Translations under genes and position numbers: made by a program
Source of the DNA: Thermoplasmata archaeon
Lineage (GTDB): Archaea > Thermoplasmatota > SW-10-69-26 > JACQPN01 > JAJPHT01
DNA length: 64,000 nt
NCBI GenBank assembly: GCA_034667685.1
Contig: JAXDQU010000025.1
Span: forward strand, 1 to 64,000
Direction: 5' to 3'
Shown here: one piece after another, positions 29,276 to 39,004 of the stretch
Position numbering within the stretch: the stretch's first letter is position 1
Layout of the letters: every line of letters starts with the position of its first letter
Notes under the pieces: generated by a model
What the model was told of the DNA's origin: nothing
The model's database searches: none
The model's input: only the letters and a program-made list of their open reading frames with translations

Positions 29276-30163
29276 GTGGCGACACTCTCCGTGCGGGACC
29301 TCGAGGTCGCCTACGGCGCCAAGGAGGTGCTGCGCGGCGTCAGCTTCGAGGCGCGGCCCGGCGACATCCTCGCGATCATCGGCCCCTCGGGCTGCGGCAA
29401 GACGACGCTCTTCCGCGCGATCCTCGGCGAGGTCGAGCCCCAGCGCGGCGTCATCGCGATCGATGAGAACGACGTGACGCGCGCGCGGCCCGAGGCGCGC
29501 GGCGTGGGCATCGTCTACCAGAGCTACGCGCTCTTCCCGCACCTCACCGTCGCGGAGAACGTCGCGTACGGGCTGCGCGTGCGCCGGCGCAAGCGCGCGG
29601 ACGTGGAGAAGCGCGTCGCGGAGATGCTCGACCTCGTGCAGCTCGCGGGGCGCGGCCACGAGCCCGTCGAGAAGCTCAGCGGCGGCGAGAAGCAGCGCGT
29701 CGCGCTCGCCCGCGCGCTGGCCGTCGAGCCGCGCATCCTGCTTCTCGACGAGGCGTTCACGGCGCTGGACGCCTCCACGCGCGGCGAGGTCGTGCAGGAG
29801 GTGCGCGCGATCATCAAGCGCCTCCGCGTCACGACGCTGCTCATCACGCACGACCAGGAGGAGGCGTTCCTCTTCGCGCGGCACGTGCTGGTGCTCAACG
29901 AGGGAAAGGTCGTGACGCTCGACGATCCCGAGCGCGTCATGACGCACCCGCACCCGTTCGTGCAGGACTTCGTCAAGATGTGCGTCTTCCACCAGGCGAA
30001 GGTGGAGACGGACCGCGACGGCCAGGCGTACGTGATCACGGAGGGCGGCGCGCAGATCCCGATCAACATCCCCGGCGTGAGCGCGGGCGACGTCGTCCAC
30101 GTCATGGTGAAGAAGGGCGCGAGCCGCGAGACGATCGAGGTGTGGCCCCGCGATGAAGGCTAG
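29276..30163 (+). CDS. ABC importer ATPase (Fe3+/polyamine/oxyanion class)
   Basis: GPSGCGKT, QSYALFPHL, LSGGEKQR, LLLDE, THDQEEA. Confidence 0.92.
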   Translation: MATLSVRDLEVAYGAKEVLRGVSFEARPGDILAIIGPSGCGKTTLFRAILGEVEPQRGVIAIDENDVTRARPEARGVGIVYQSYALFPHLTVAENVAYGLRVRRRKRADVEKRVAEMLDLVQLAGRGHEPVEKLSGGEKQRVALARALAVEPRILLLDEAFTALDASTRGEVVQEVRAIIKRLRVTTLLITHDQEEAFLFARHVLVLNEGKVVTLDDPERVMTHPHPFVQDFVKMCVFHQAKVETDRDGQAYVITEGGAQIPINIPGVSAGDVVHVMVKKGASRETIEVWPRDEG

Positions 30164-31130
30164 CGCCTCCGCGATCCTGCTCGTCGTCCTCGCCGTGGGC
30201 GCCGTCGCCGCCGCGGCCGACCTGCATCGCGTCCAGGCCCAGACGCTCGTCGTCTACACGACCCCCGCGCTCAAGGACGTGCTGGAGAAGGATATCATCC
30301 CGCGCTACGAGCAGGCCACCGGCGAGCGCGTCGATCCGGTGTACGTGCCGGCGGGCGAGCAGTACAACCGCCTGCGCATGGGCGGCGACCGCCCCGAGGC
30401 CGACGTGTTCCTCCACGCCAGCCCGCTCTACCTGGAGCAGGGAAGCCACGAGGGTTACTTCGACGCGTGGAGCCTGCCCGAGGGCGCGCAGATCAACGCG
30501 ACGTACCGGAGCGACGATCCGGGCGCGACGTGGTACGCCTTCGCGTGGAGCCCGCTCGTGGAGGTCTACGGCCCCCGGCTGGGCGCGGCGCCCGACCTCG
30601 CCACGGCGGAGCTGAAGTTCGGCCTCGCGCACCCGCTGCTCTCGAACAACGGCATCTACAACGTCATCTACTACGAGCAGGTCAGCCCCGAGGCGGGCCG
30701 GCACGCGCTCGCGCGCACCACCGTGCAGCCCACCAACTCGCGCGCCACGATCGACGGCGTCGCGGACGGGAGCTTCGACGTCACGCTGGGCTACGAGGCC
30801 GTCGCGCTCCTCTACGAGGGCAAGGGCGCGCGCGTCGAGCACGACCTCCCGCTCCTCGCGGGCAACCGCAGCCTCGTCCCCGTGCTCTTCGTCGGGGGCC
30901 TCGTGCACGGCCACCCGCACGCCGACGCCGAGCGCTTCCTCCAGTTCCTCTTCACGAACCAGACGCAGGGCCACCTCGCGAAATATTTCCTGAGGCCGAC
31001 GCTTCCGGGCGCCAAGCCGCTCGCGAGCGGCCTCGACGCGCAGATGGCCGGCCTCGCGCCCATCACGTACGACTGGACGCGCTGGCAGGAGCTCGAAGCG
31101 AAGCTCCCCACCTACCGGGTGAAGACATGA
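30153..31130 (+). CDS. ABC substrate-binding protein
   Basis: signal peptide; TLVVYT, PEADVF, AERFLQFL. Confidence 0.8.
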   Translation: MKASASAILLVVLAVGAVAAAADLHRVQAQTLVVYTTPALKDVLEKDIIPRYEQATGERVDPVYVPAGEQYNRLRMGGDRPEADVFLHASPLYLEQGSHEGYFDAWSLPEGAQINATYRSDDPGATWYAFAWSPLVEVYGPRLGAAPDLATAELKFGLAHPLLSNNGIYNVIYYEQVSPEAGRHALARTTVQPTNSRATIDGVADGSFDVTLGYEAVALLYEGKGARVEHDLPLLAGNRSLVPVLFVGGLVHGHPHADAERFLQFLFTNQTQGHLAKYFLRPTLPGAKPLASGLDAQMAGLAPITYDWTRWQELEAKLPTYRVKT

Positions 31131-32017
31131 CGACCCTTCCCGCCCACGAGCGCCGCGCCCACGCCACCCGCACGCTGGAGAAGTCCGCCTGGACCGTCCT
31201 GGTCTGGGCGCTCTTCGCCCTCTTCATCCTGGGGCCCCTGCTGACCGTGGTCGCGTTCAGCCTCACGCACAACGTCTTCCAGGGCGCGCGCCCCAACAGC
31301 CTGGAATGGTACGCGCAGCTCCTGCGCGACCCGCAGCTCTACGGCCCGCTCCTGCGCAGCTTCGAGGTCGCGCTCATCGTCGTGATGGTGCAGCTCGTCT
31401 TCGGCACGCTCATCGCCTACAGCACCGTGCGCGGCCGCATCTTCGGCGCCGGGTTCCTCGACGCGCTCTGCAACATCACCATCGCGCTGCCCAGCGTCGT
31501 CATCGGCCTGGCGCTCCTGGCCTTCTACGGCCCCTTCGGCCCGGTGAGCACGTTCTCGACGTGGGTCACCGGCAGCCCCTTCACGCTGACGTGGACGCTC
31601 GCCATCGTCGTCTTCGCGCACGTCCTCGAGACGTTCCCCTACATGGTGCGCAGCGTCACGCAAGGCCTCCAGCGCATGGACGCCAACCTGGAGAGCGCCG
31701 CGCGCAGCCTCGGGGGCAAGCCCTGGCACGTCTTCCGCACCATCACGCTCCCCCAGCTGCGGCCCGCGCTCGTAAGCGGGGGCGTGCTCGTCCTCTCGCG
31801 CAGCATCGCCGAGTTCGGCGCCACCATCATCGTCGTGAGCGCCGTCCTCTCCACGGCGCCGGTGAGCATCTACAGCGCGGCGGAGAGCGGCAGCATGGAA
31901 TTGGCCGCGGCTTACAGCGTGATCCTCATGCTCGTGAGCTTCACCGCGTACGTCATCATGAACCGGTGGCTGCTGCGCGAGGAGAACGCTCGGGGACGCG
32001 CGGAGGGCGCGCCCTGA
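31127..32017 (+). CDS. ABC permease
   Basis: LPSVVIGL, LESAARSLG (EAA loop), SIAEFGA. Confidence 0.9.
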   Translation: MTTLPAHERRAHATRTLEKSAWTVLVWALFALFILGPLLTVVAFSLTHNVFQGARPNSLEWYAQLLRDPQLYGPLLRSFEVALIVVMVQLVFGTLIAYSTVRGRIFGAGFLDALCNITIALPSVVIGLALLAFYGPFGPVSTFSTWVTGSPFTLTWTLAIVVFAHVLETFPYMVRSVTQGLQRMDANLESAARSLGGKPWHVFRTITLPQLRPALVSGGVLVLSRSIAEFGATIIVVSAVLSTAPVSIYSAAESGSMELAAAYSVILMLVSFTAYVIMNRWLLREENARGRAEGAP

Positions 32018-32056
32018 AGGGGCAACGCTCTTGCCATCCGAGCGGCTCGCCCGGCC

Positions 32057-32962
32057 GTGGACGCGGTCCTGGAAGCGCGCGGCCTGACGAAGCGTTACGG
32101 GACGCTCACGGCCGTCGACGGGCTCACCTTCGCGCTGCCCCGGAGCGGCGTCATCGGCTTCGTGGGACCCAACGGCGCGGGCAAGACGACGACGATCCGG
32201 ATGCTCATGGGGCTGATCCGGCCCACGGGCGGCGAGGCATCCGTGCTGGGCGCCTCCGTGCGCCGGCCGCAGGACTACCTGCCGCGCGTGGGCGCGCTCA
32301 TCGAGTCGCCCGCGTTCTACCCGCAGCTCTCGGGGCGGCGCAACCTGCGCGCGCTCGCCATGCTCGGCGGGCAGGACCTCGCGCGCGTGGAGACGCTGCT
32401 CGCGCAGGTCGGCCTCGCGCAGCGCGGCGACGACGCCTACGGCTCCTACTCGCTGGGCATGAAGCAGCGCCTCGGCATCGCGGCCGCGCTCCTCCCCGAC
32501 CCGGAGTTGCTGATCCTCGACGAGCCCACCAACGGCCTCGACCCGGCGGGCATCCGCGAGATCCGCACGCTCCTGCGCAGCCTGGGCGACGCGGGCAAGA
32601 CGGTCTTCGTGTCGAGCCACCTGCTCGCGGAGATCCAGCGCATGTGCGACCGGCTGCTGATCCTGCGCACGGGCAAGATCATCTTCGACGGCACGGTGGA
32701 GGCGCTGCTCGCGCGCCAGGTGGGGCTCGTCGCGGCGTGCGACGACGCGGCCCGCACGCGGGACCTCATCGCGCTCTGCGAGGCCGCGGGCTACGCCGCC
32801 GAGCCGCAGGGCGACGCCGTGCTCGTGCGCGCGCCCAAGACCTGGGCCGGCACGCTCAACGCCTCCGCCATGCAGGCCGGCATCGTGCTGCGCGAGCTGC
32901 GCCCGCAGGCCGGCGACCTGGAGGAGACCGTGCTCACCATGACCGGCCAGGGAGGGCTCTAG
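32057..32962 (+). CDS. ABC-2 type exporter ATPase
   Basis: GPNGAGKTT, YSLGMKQR, LDEPTNGLD, SSHLL. Confidence 0.92.
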   Translation: MDAVLEARGLTKRYGTLTAVDGLTFALPRSGVIGFVGPNGAGKTTTIRMLMGLIRPTGGEASVLGASVRRPQDYLPRVGALIESPAFYPQLSGRRNLRALAMLGGQDLARVETLLAQVGLAQRGDDAYGSYSLGMKQRLGIAAALLPDPELLILDEPTNGLDPAGIREIRTLLRSLGDAGKTVFVSSHLLAEIQRMCDRLLILRTGKIIFDGTVEALLARQVGLVAACDDAARTRDLIALCEAAGYAAEPQGDAVLVRAPKTWAGTLNASAMQAGIVLRELRPQAGDLEETVLTMTGQGGL

Positions 32963-32963
32963 G

Positions 32964-33767
32964 ATGCTGCGCGCCTTCCGCGCCGAGTGGTACAAGCTCT
33001 GGCGCCGCGGCATGGTGCTCGGCGGCCTGGGCACGATGGTCGGCATCGCGCTCCTCGTGGTCATCCTCGTCTTCGCCAACGCGCAGGCCACGCCGCCGCC
33101 CGCGTCCGCGAACCCCAACGAGCGGCCGCTGCCCACGTTCGCCGCGCTCGCCGCGCAGAACGGCATGGTGCTCCCCTTCGGCTTCGCGGGCGGCCTGCTG
33201 GGCCTCATCGCGCTCGTCCTCTTCGCGCAGTCGCTGGGCAGCGAGTACCGCGACGGCACGCTGAAGGTCCTGCTATCACGCGAGCCGCGTCGCCTCCGCC
33301 TCCTGGCGGGCAAGCTCGCCGCGCTCGCGTGCTTCGTCCTCGTGGGCGTGACGCTTGCGTTCCTCCTGCAGAGCATCGCCGCGTTCCTCATGGCCGGCGT
33401 GCGCGGCATCTCCACCGCGTCGTGGACCACGTGGGACGCCATGCAGGTCGAGGGCGGCGTCCTCTGGCGCACCTGCGCCGCGACCCTCGCGCACGGCCTC
33501 CTGGGCGCGGCGCTCGCCATCCTCCTGCGCGCCGCCGCGCCCGCCATCGGCGTCGGGATCGGCTACACGCTCCTGGGCGAGCCGCTGATCCTCCTCGTCT
33601 GGCGCGACGGGCGCAAGTGGCTCCCCGAGCAGGTCTTCAGCGCCTTCGCCGCGGGCGGCAACGCCGCGCTATCGTTCGGCGCGGCGAGCCTGCTCGCCAC
33701 GATCTACGCGGCGGCGCTGCTGGCCGCGCAAGGCGGCGTGTTCTGGCGGCGCGACGTCACGACGTGA
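32964..33767 (+). CDS. ABC-2 type exporter permease
   Basis: RAEWYKL, GSEYRDGT; about 6 TM segments. Confidence 0.85.
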   Translation: MLRAFRAEWYKLWRRGMVLGGLGTMVGIALLVVILVFANAQATPPPASANPNERPLPTFAALAAQNGMVLPFGFAGGLLGLIALVLFAQSLGSEYRDGTLKVLLSREPRRLRLLAGKLAALACFVLVGVTLAFLLQSIAAFLMAGVRGISTASWTTWDAMQVEGGVLWRTCAATLAHGLLGAALAILLRAAAPAIGVGIGYTLLGEPLILLVWRDGRKWLPEQVFSAFAAGGNAALSFGAASLLATIYAAALLAAQGGVFWRRDVTT

Positions 33768-34733
33768 CCGCCTGGCCGTCGACGTCGACCTTCGCGAGGA
33801 TCGCGTCGGCCTTCGTGACGAGGCTCGCGGGCATCGGCGCGTGCTGGTTGGGCGCGTTGATCGCCTGCCCCTCGTGCAGGACGTAGTGGACGAACGCCAC
33901 GAGCGCGCGGGCCTTGCCCATGTCCGACTGGTGCTGGTGGACGACGATCCACGAGACGGCCGTGATCGGGTAGCTGTCGGCGCCGTGCTGGTTGGTCGCG
34001 CTGCCGGTGAGCTGGTCGCTGAGGGCCCAGTCGCTGCCCACGTAGCCCACCGCGTACGGCGTCTGCTGGACGGTGCTGGCCACGCCCGGATTTCCGTTGC
34101 GGGTCGTGGTGCTCGCCGCGGGCCACTTCACCGTGCTGCCGGTGCCGGGACCGCCGTTGGCCTTCGTCCGGCGCGCGTCGACCTTGTTGAGAGAATCGGT
34201 GAACGTCGCCGTCGTGCCGCTGCCGTCGCTGCGCACCACGACCGTGATCTCAGCATGGGGCAGGCTCGCCCCGGGGTTGAGCGCCGCGATGGCCGCGTCG
34301 TCCCAGCTCGTGATGGTGCCCAGGAAGATGCTCGCGATCGTCGCGCTGTCGAGCTTCAGGGGCGTCGTGCCGACCTCGGGACGTTGTAGGCGACGTCGAC
34401 GCCGCCCGCCACGACAGGGACGTGCAGCGCATCGGTCGCGTTCGCCATCTCCGCCGCCGAAAGGGGCGCGTCGCTCCCCGCGAAGTCGACGTGGTTGCCG
34501 ACGAGGCTCGCGCGCCCCTTGCCCGAGCCGTCCGCGAGGTAGCTGATGTGCACGTTCGCGTGCTGGTCCTGGAACGCCACGCGCCACTTCTCCAGGATCG
34601 GCGCCACGAACGTCGAGCCCTCGCCCGAAAGATCGCCGGCCAACGGACTCGAGGCCGCGGCGTCGAGGCGGTCGGAGGCGTCGTGTTGCTCGCGCAGCCG
34701 GCCAGCGCCAGCGCCGCGACGACGAGGAAAAAG
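33757..34733 (-). pseudogene. pstS: phosphate-binding protein PstS pseudogene
   Basis: LAGC lipobox, GST..GSGKG..DFAGSD and RSDGSGTT..YPI lie in three different frames; no start codon; apparent internal deletion. Confidence 0.8.
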
Positions 34734-34741
34734 GAAGGGAA

Positions 34742-34814
34742 TAGCCCCGCCTGGATTCGAACCAGGGTCGCAGGATCCAGAGTCCCGAATCATTGGCCAC
34801 TAGACCACGGGGCT
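34742..34814 (-). tRNA. tRNA-Gln(CTG)
   Basis: AGCCCCG..CGGGA CT CTG GA TCCTG..GGTTCGAATCC..CGGGGCT A cloverleaf; no CCA. Confidence 0.95.
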
Positions 34815-34871
34815 GTTGCGCGATTCGCCGGGAATGACCCCGGGGAAGCGCGCCTCCATTGCGGAACCCTG

Positions 34872-35342
34872 CTATAAGCGTGGCGGCGGGCGGCTTGGGG
34901 CGTCGGCGCGTTCGCGTTTCCAGGCGTGGTAGGCTTCGCGGCTGAGCGCGTCGGCGCGGGCGTTCTCGTCGCGGCCGATCTTGCGCAGCGTGGCTTCGCC
35001 GGGGAGGGCGGCGAGGAGGCGGCGCGCCCAGTCGCGCAGCGGGAGGAGGCGTTCGCTGGTCAGGTTCCAGCGCCCGGCGACGGTCTCGATGGCGAGGCGC
35101 GAGTCGCCTTCGATCTGGAGCGGCTCGGCGTCTTGCTTGTGGTCGGCGAGCCAGGCGAGGCCGCGGATCAGCGCGGCGAACTCGGCGACGTGGGCGTCTC
35201 CGCCTTCGCCCGGGCCCAGGGCGACGCCGTGCTCCTGGTGCGCGAGGGTGCCGTCGCGCTCGACGAGGAAGCCGTACGTGGCGATGCCGTCGGGGCGGAG
35301 GCGCGGCTCGTAGAGGCCGTCGAACTGGAGGCGCCACGCCAT
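34872..35342 (-). CDS. rnhA: ribonuclease HI (archaeal type)
   Basis: FDG, AEFAAL, GDSRL, RDENARADALS acidic motifs. Confidence 0.85.
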   Translation of the reverse strand: MAWRLQFDGLYEPRLRPDGIATYGFLVERDGTLAHQEHGVALGPGEGGDAHVAEFAALIRGLAWLADHKQDAEPLQIEGDSRLAIETVAGRWNLTSERLLPLRDWARRLLAALPGEATLRKIGRDENARADALSREAYHAWKRERADAPSRPPPRL

Positions 35343-35403
35343 GCCCGCGCGTGGGCGCTCGGCGAGGAAGCCTTTTGTGGCGGGGCCCACGATGGCGCGG
35401 CGC

Positions 35404-35476
35404 GGGCCGATCGTTCAGGGGTTAGGACGTCGCTCTTACAAGGCGAATGTCGCAGGTTCGAATCCTGCTCGGCCCA
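35404..35476 (+). tRNA. tRNA-Val(TAC), integration target
   Basis: GGGCCGA..TCGCT CT TAC AA GGCGA..GCAGGTTCGAATCCTGC TCGGCCC A. Confidence 0.95.
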
Positions 35477-35532
35477 CTTTCCGCGGCCACGAGGGATTTC
35501 GGCAATAGGCTTCTGTCCAAGCTTCCTTCGTG

Positions 35533-36471
35533 TCATTCTTCATCCTCTCCTTCGAGCGTGAACGGGTCCTTCCCCGGCCTCTTCTGCATGGCCTTGTCCA
35601 TGTCCTCGGGGTGGACCTCGGCGTAGATTTCGGTGCTCTTCACCGACGTGTGGCCCAGGTACGTGCGGACGTAGAGCAGGCTCCATCCCAGGCGGACCAG
35701 GTGGGTCGCGCGCGTGTGGCGCAGCACGTTGAAATTGACCTTGACGCCCACGGCCTCGCCGACGCGGTACAGGCAGACGCGCAGGTAGTCCGACGTCACC
35801 CGGCGGGCCGGCGCGGCGCCCGGCGCGTAGCCGCCGTTCCCGCTCTTGTGCGTCGTCGTCCAGAGAGCATCCGATTCCCCCTCGGGAACCGGCCGCACCT
35901 TGAGCCACGCCGCGAGCGGGCGCTTCGGGCTCCAGACCCACCGCTCCACCGGCAGCCAGCGCTTCAGGCCGCCCTTGGCCGGCTTCGCGATCCGGATACG
36001 CGACCGCTTCGGATCGAGGTCGCTCAAGGTCATGGCCGCGACCTCGCTGGCGCGCGCGCCCGTCACGTAGGCCACGAGCAAGAGAGCACGATGCATCTTC
36101 TCGGCCTCGGGGCTCGCGCACCTGTACCCGAAGAGCTTCCAGATCGCGTCCCGCGAAAGCGTTCGGAGCTGCGCGCGCGGCTCCTTGTGCGCCTTGAAGT
36201 GGACCTCCCGATGGAGCTTCCGCCACCGCAAGAGCGCGTTGAGCGCCTTCACGTCGTTGTTGTACGAGAACACCGTCGAGCGAGGCTCCACGCGACGCTT
36301 CGCCAAGTACGCCCGCCCCTCGCGCTCCGCGTCCGCCGCGCCCTTGACGAACACCGCGAGGTCAAGCCCGTGGACGCGGCGCGCCCGCTCCAGGCGCCGC
36401 AGCATGCGATCCACCGTGATGGGGCGCTTCCCCTCGTCCACGAGCAGGAACGTCCGGAACTCCTCGATCAC
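35533..36471 (-). CDS. tyrosine recombinase / integrase
   Basis: TGARASE, KPAKGG, NVLRHTRAT, LGH..STEIY; start could be further upstream (36564). Confidence 0.9.
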   Translation of the reverse strand: MIEEFRTFLLVDEGKRPITVDRMLRRLERARRVHGLDLAVFVKGAADAEREGRAYLAKRRVEPRSTVFSYNNDVKALNALLRWRKLHREVHFKAHKEPRAQLRTLSRDAIWKLFGYRCASPEAEKMHRALLLVAYVTGARASEVAAMTLSDLDPKRSRIRIAKPAKGGLKRWLPVERWVWSPKRPLAAWLKVRPVPEGESDALWTTTHKSGNGGYAPGAAPARRVTSDYLRVCLYRVGEAVGVKVNFNVLRHTRATHLVRLGWSLLYVRTYLGHTSVKSTEIYAEVHPEDMDKAMQKRPGKDPFTLEGEDEE

Positions 36472-36645
36472 ACGAGCCCGCGCGCCACCGAAGGCGCCCC
36501 GGACCCCTCCTACGCGACCTGCACACCCAAGATGCGCAGGCCGACATCGGCGCGCGCCATGCACAAGGCGTGCGCGCGCCCGCCGCTCCCGAACGCAGCC
36601 GTGTGCATCCGGACGCGGAGACCACAGAACACGCAGCCCAGGCGC

Positions 36646-37068
36646 CTACGCCTCCTGCGCCTTCGCGCCCGGCATCGGGATCAAGCCCGCGTCGAAGTAG
36701 CGGATGAACTGGTCCGCCCGCGGGCGCAGCAGCACCGGCACGTCGCCCAGGTTGTCCGCGCCGAACGCCTCGGCCATCGGACAGTTCGTCCACGAGTGGC
36801 ACTCCCACGTCTTGGGCGTCGCGATCTCCGCGACCGGCCGCCCGCCCGCACAGAGCAGCGCCGGCACGACCTCCCCGACGTACGCCTTCCACGTCTCGCC
36901 CGTCTCGATCACCGTCTCATCCGAGAGCTTCGCGCCGCGGAGGTTCGCGCCGTAGAGGTTCGCGCGGGCGCCTTCGGCGCCCCCGCTCTCGACCCACTTC
37001 TTGTGCGCGCTTAGAATGCTCTTCAGCTCGTCTGCCGTCGGGACCGTCACCAAATCTTTCCCCTCCAT
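36646..37068 (-). CDS. short pentapeptide-repeat protein
   Basis: ILSAHKKW..GARANLYGANLRGAKL, then CHSWTNCPMAEAF. Confidence 0.75.
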   Translation of the reverse strand: MEGKDLVTVPTADELKSILSAHKKWVESGGAEGARANLYGANLRGAKLSDETVIETGETWKAYVGEVVPALLCAGGRPVAEIATPKTWECHSWTNCPMAEAFGADNLGDVPVLLRPRADQFIRYFDAGLIPMPGAKAQEA

Positions 37069-37696
37069 GGGGAAGAGCCCCGCGCACCACCGAAGGCACG
37101 CGAGGCCCGACCATTCTCCACCCTTCTGGGATGCGTTCAAGCCCGCCCGAGGGGCACTACGATTGGAGGTTGGGATGCGTCTGGCTGCAACGCCCCCGGC
37201 CAGGCGGATGATAACTAACCGTAGGATGGGCCAAACGCGCGACGATCGCACGCCGCGCATTGCCCGCTCGTCGCCGAGATCGGCGCTTCGGCCCCACAGC
37301 CCGCGCACCGGGCCGGATCGTACCTCGACGCCGGCACGAACCCCACATGACGCCCCACCGCCGGCTGAGCACGCGCCTGCGAACGCACGCTCACGGCACG
37401 CCCTCCCCGAGCCCGCGCAACATCGCGCTCATGGCAGCCCCGAACTCCTCCCCCGCCCGCGTCAGCGCCTCGACCGCGCGCGCCCGCTCCTCATCGCCCC
37501 CGTCGCGCGTGCGGTACACGCGCACGGCCTCAATCCGCAGCATCGACTCGGCCACGTCCACGCGCTTCGCCTCCACCGAAGGCCCCCGCGGCTTCGGCCC
37601 CTCCAGCTCCGCGAACACCTCCGACGCCCGCGCCGCCGGCACCTACGCCACCTCCCGCTGCGCGGGTTCAAGCTCGGTGGGCACGTGCGGGCCAAC

Positions 37697-37957
37697 ATGG
37701 AGCCCTTGCGCGTTACCTTCGTCCTCCCGCCCGCCCTCGCCGCCGAGGTCCGCGCCTTCTGCTCCGACCAGCACGTCCCCGTGGAGGTTGCCGCGGCCTT
37801 CACGCTCGTCCTTCTCGCGCGCGGGCGCCTCGGGGAAGCGCCCGCCCACACGCTCCGGCTCGCGCTCGCCCAAGCCATGAGCGAAGGACGCAACATGGAC
37901 GACCTCCTCGCCAGCGTCCGCGACGGCGGCCCCAACGCCCTCGGCCTCTACCAGTGA
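37697..37957 (+). CDS. possible RHH-like protein
   Basis: MEPLRVTFVLPPALAAEVRAFC beta-alpha pattern; overlaps minus-strand ORFs. Confidence 0.4.
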   Translation: MEPLRVTFVLPPALAAEVRAFCSDQHVPVEVAAAFTLVLLARGRLGEAPAHTLRLALAQAMSEGRNMDDLLASVRDGGPNALGLYQ

Positions 37958-38043
37958 CCGGCGCCTCGGCGCGAGCGCGTTCACGATCTCCACCGCCTCC
38001 TCCAGCGTAAGCGCCTCCGGCGCACCGCACACCCCGCACACGC

Positions 38044-38211
38044 CTACGCAGCCCCCTTCTCGGTCTGCGCCTTCTGCGCGCGCCACGCCTGACAGAACGG
38101 GAAGAGCGCCGCCCGCAGGGCTTCCGCTCTGTCCTGGTAGCGGCCCTCCAGCACCATCGCGTCGATGTCAGAGAGGTGAGGGTCGGAGACACGCACGGGA
38201 ACCGATTTCAT
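38044..38211 (-). CDS. ribbon-helix-helix (CopG/Arc-like) regulator
   Basis: MKSVPVRVSDPHLSDIDAMVLEGRYQDRAEALRAAL. Confidence 0.8.
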   Translation of the reverse strand: MKSVPVRVSDPHLSDIDAMVLEGRYQDRAEALRAALFPFCQAWRAQKAQTEKGAA

Positions 38212-38236
38212 GGTCTGTTCCAGAATGGAACAGACC
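38212..38236. promoter_or_regulatory. operator palindrome between divergent RHH genes
   Basis: GGTCTGTTCCA-GAA-TGGAACAGACC, perfect 11-bp arms; AT-rich TTAATTGTA next to it. Confidence 0.75.
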
Positions 38237-38300
38237 GTTTCAGCCTTAATTGTATCGCATTGGATCAAACCGGAACGCAACCTACCGACATCGCTAACCC

Positions 38301-38645
38301 ATGCAACGGATTGCAGCGCGCGTGCGCTCTGAGAAGGATGAGGGCTCCGAGACTGGCGCCAGCACCCCGATCCGCATCGACAACTATCAGATTGAGTGGA
38401 TGGACGACTTCGCCCGCCGCTTCAAGCTCTGGGGCGGACGCCGGGAGATCGTCCGTGCAGCCGTCCGTGAGTTTGCGATGCGCCACGACCCCAAGCTCGG
38501 GGCGCCGGAAGGCGAGACCCCGGCCTTGCCCTCGCCCAGTCCGATGGACGAGGCGGAGATGCGCTCGCGTGGTCTGCGTCAGAGCGTTGAGAAGAGGATC
38601 GAGGAGGACCGCCAAGCGGCGGCCGAGGCCGAGAAGAAGCGCTGA
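38301..38645 (+). CDS. RHH regulator with C-terminal extension (repressor candidate)
   Basis: STPIRIDNYQIEWMDDFA...RREIVRAAVREF. Confidence 0.7.
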   Translation: MQRIAARVRSEKDEGSETGASTPIRIDNYQIEWMDDFARRFKLWGGRREIVRAAVREFAMRHDPKLGAPEGETPALPSPSPMDEAEMRSRGLRQSVEKRIEEDRQAAAEAEKKR

Positions 38646-38647
38646 CC

Positions 38648-38905
38648 TCAGCAGATGTCGTACTCGATGCCCGGCGGAATCGTATTCGGGTCGATGCCGA
38701 CGCAGAGCGGGACCCAGACGCCAGCCTTCGCGTCGAACCACATGCAGAACGGGACCGTGACGGAGCCCGGCGCCATCGGCCCGCCCGAGGGCCCGATTCC
38801 GGGCGCACATGGCGGCAAGGGCGTGTCGCCTGACGGCAACGCGCGCACGGGAGCCACGGCGAACGCGAGGAACAGGGCGACGAGCACGAGGGGGAGAGCG
38901 CGCAT
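38648..38905 (-). CDS. small secreted Pro/Cys-rich protein
   Basis: signal peptide; 4 Cys. Confidence 0.6.
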   Translation of the reverse strand: MRALPLVLVALFLAFAVAPVRALPSGDTPLPPCAPGIGPSGGPMAPGSVTVPFCMWFDAKAGVWVPLCVGIDPNTIPPGIEYDIC

Positions 38906-39004
38906 CTGACCGAAGGACGACGCGGCGCAGCATCAACCCTCCTCGAACCTTTCACAATCCACCTCGACTCAGCTTGAAGCGGCGGCCACCCCTTCGCGCG
39001 CGCA

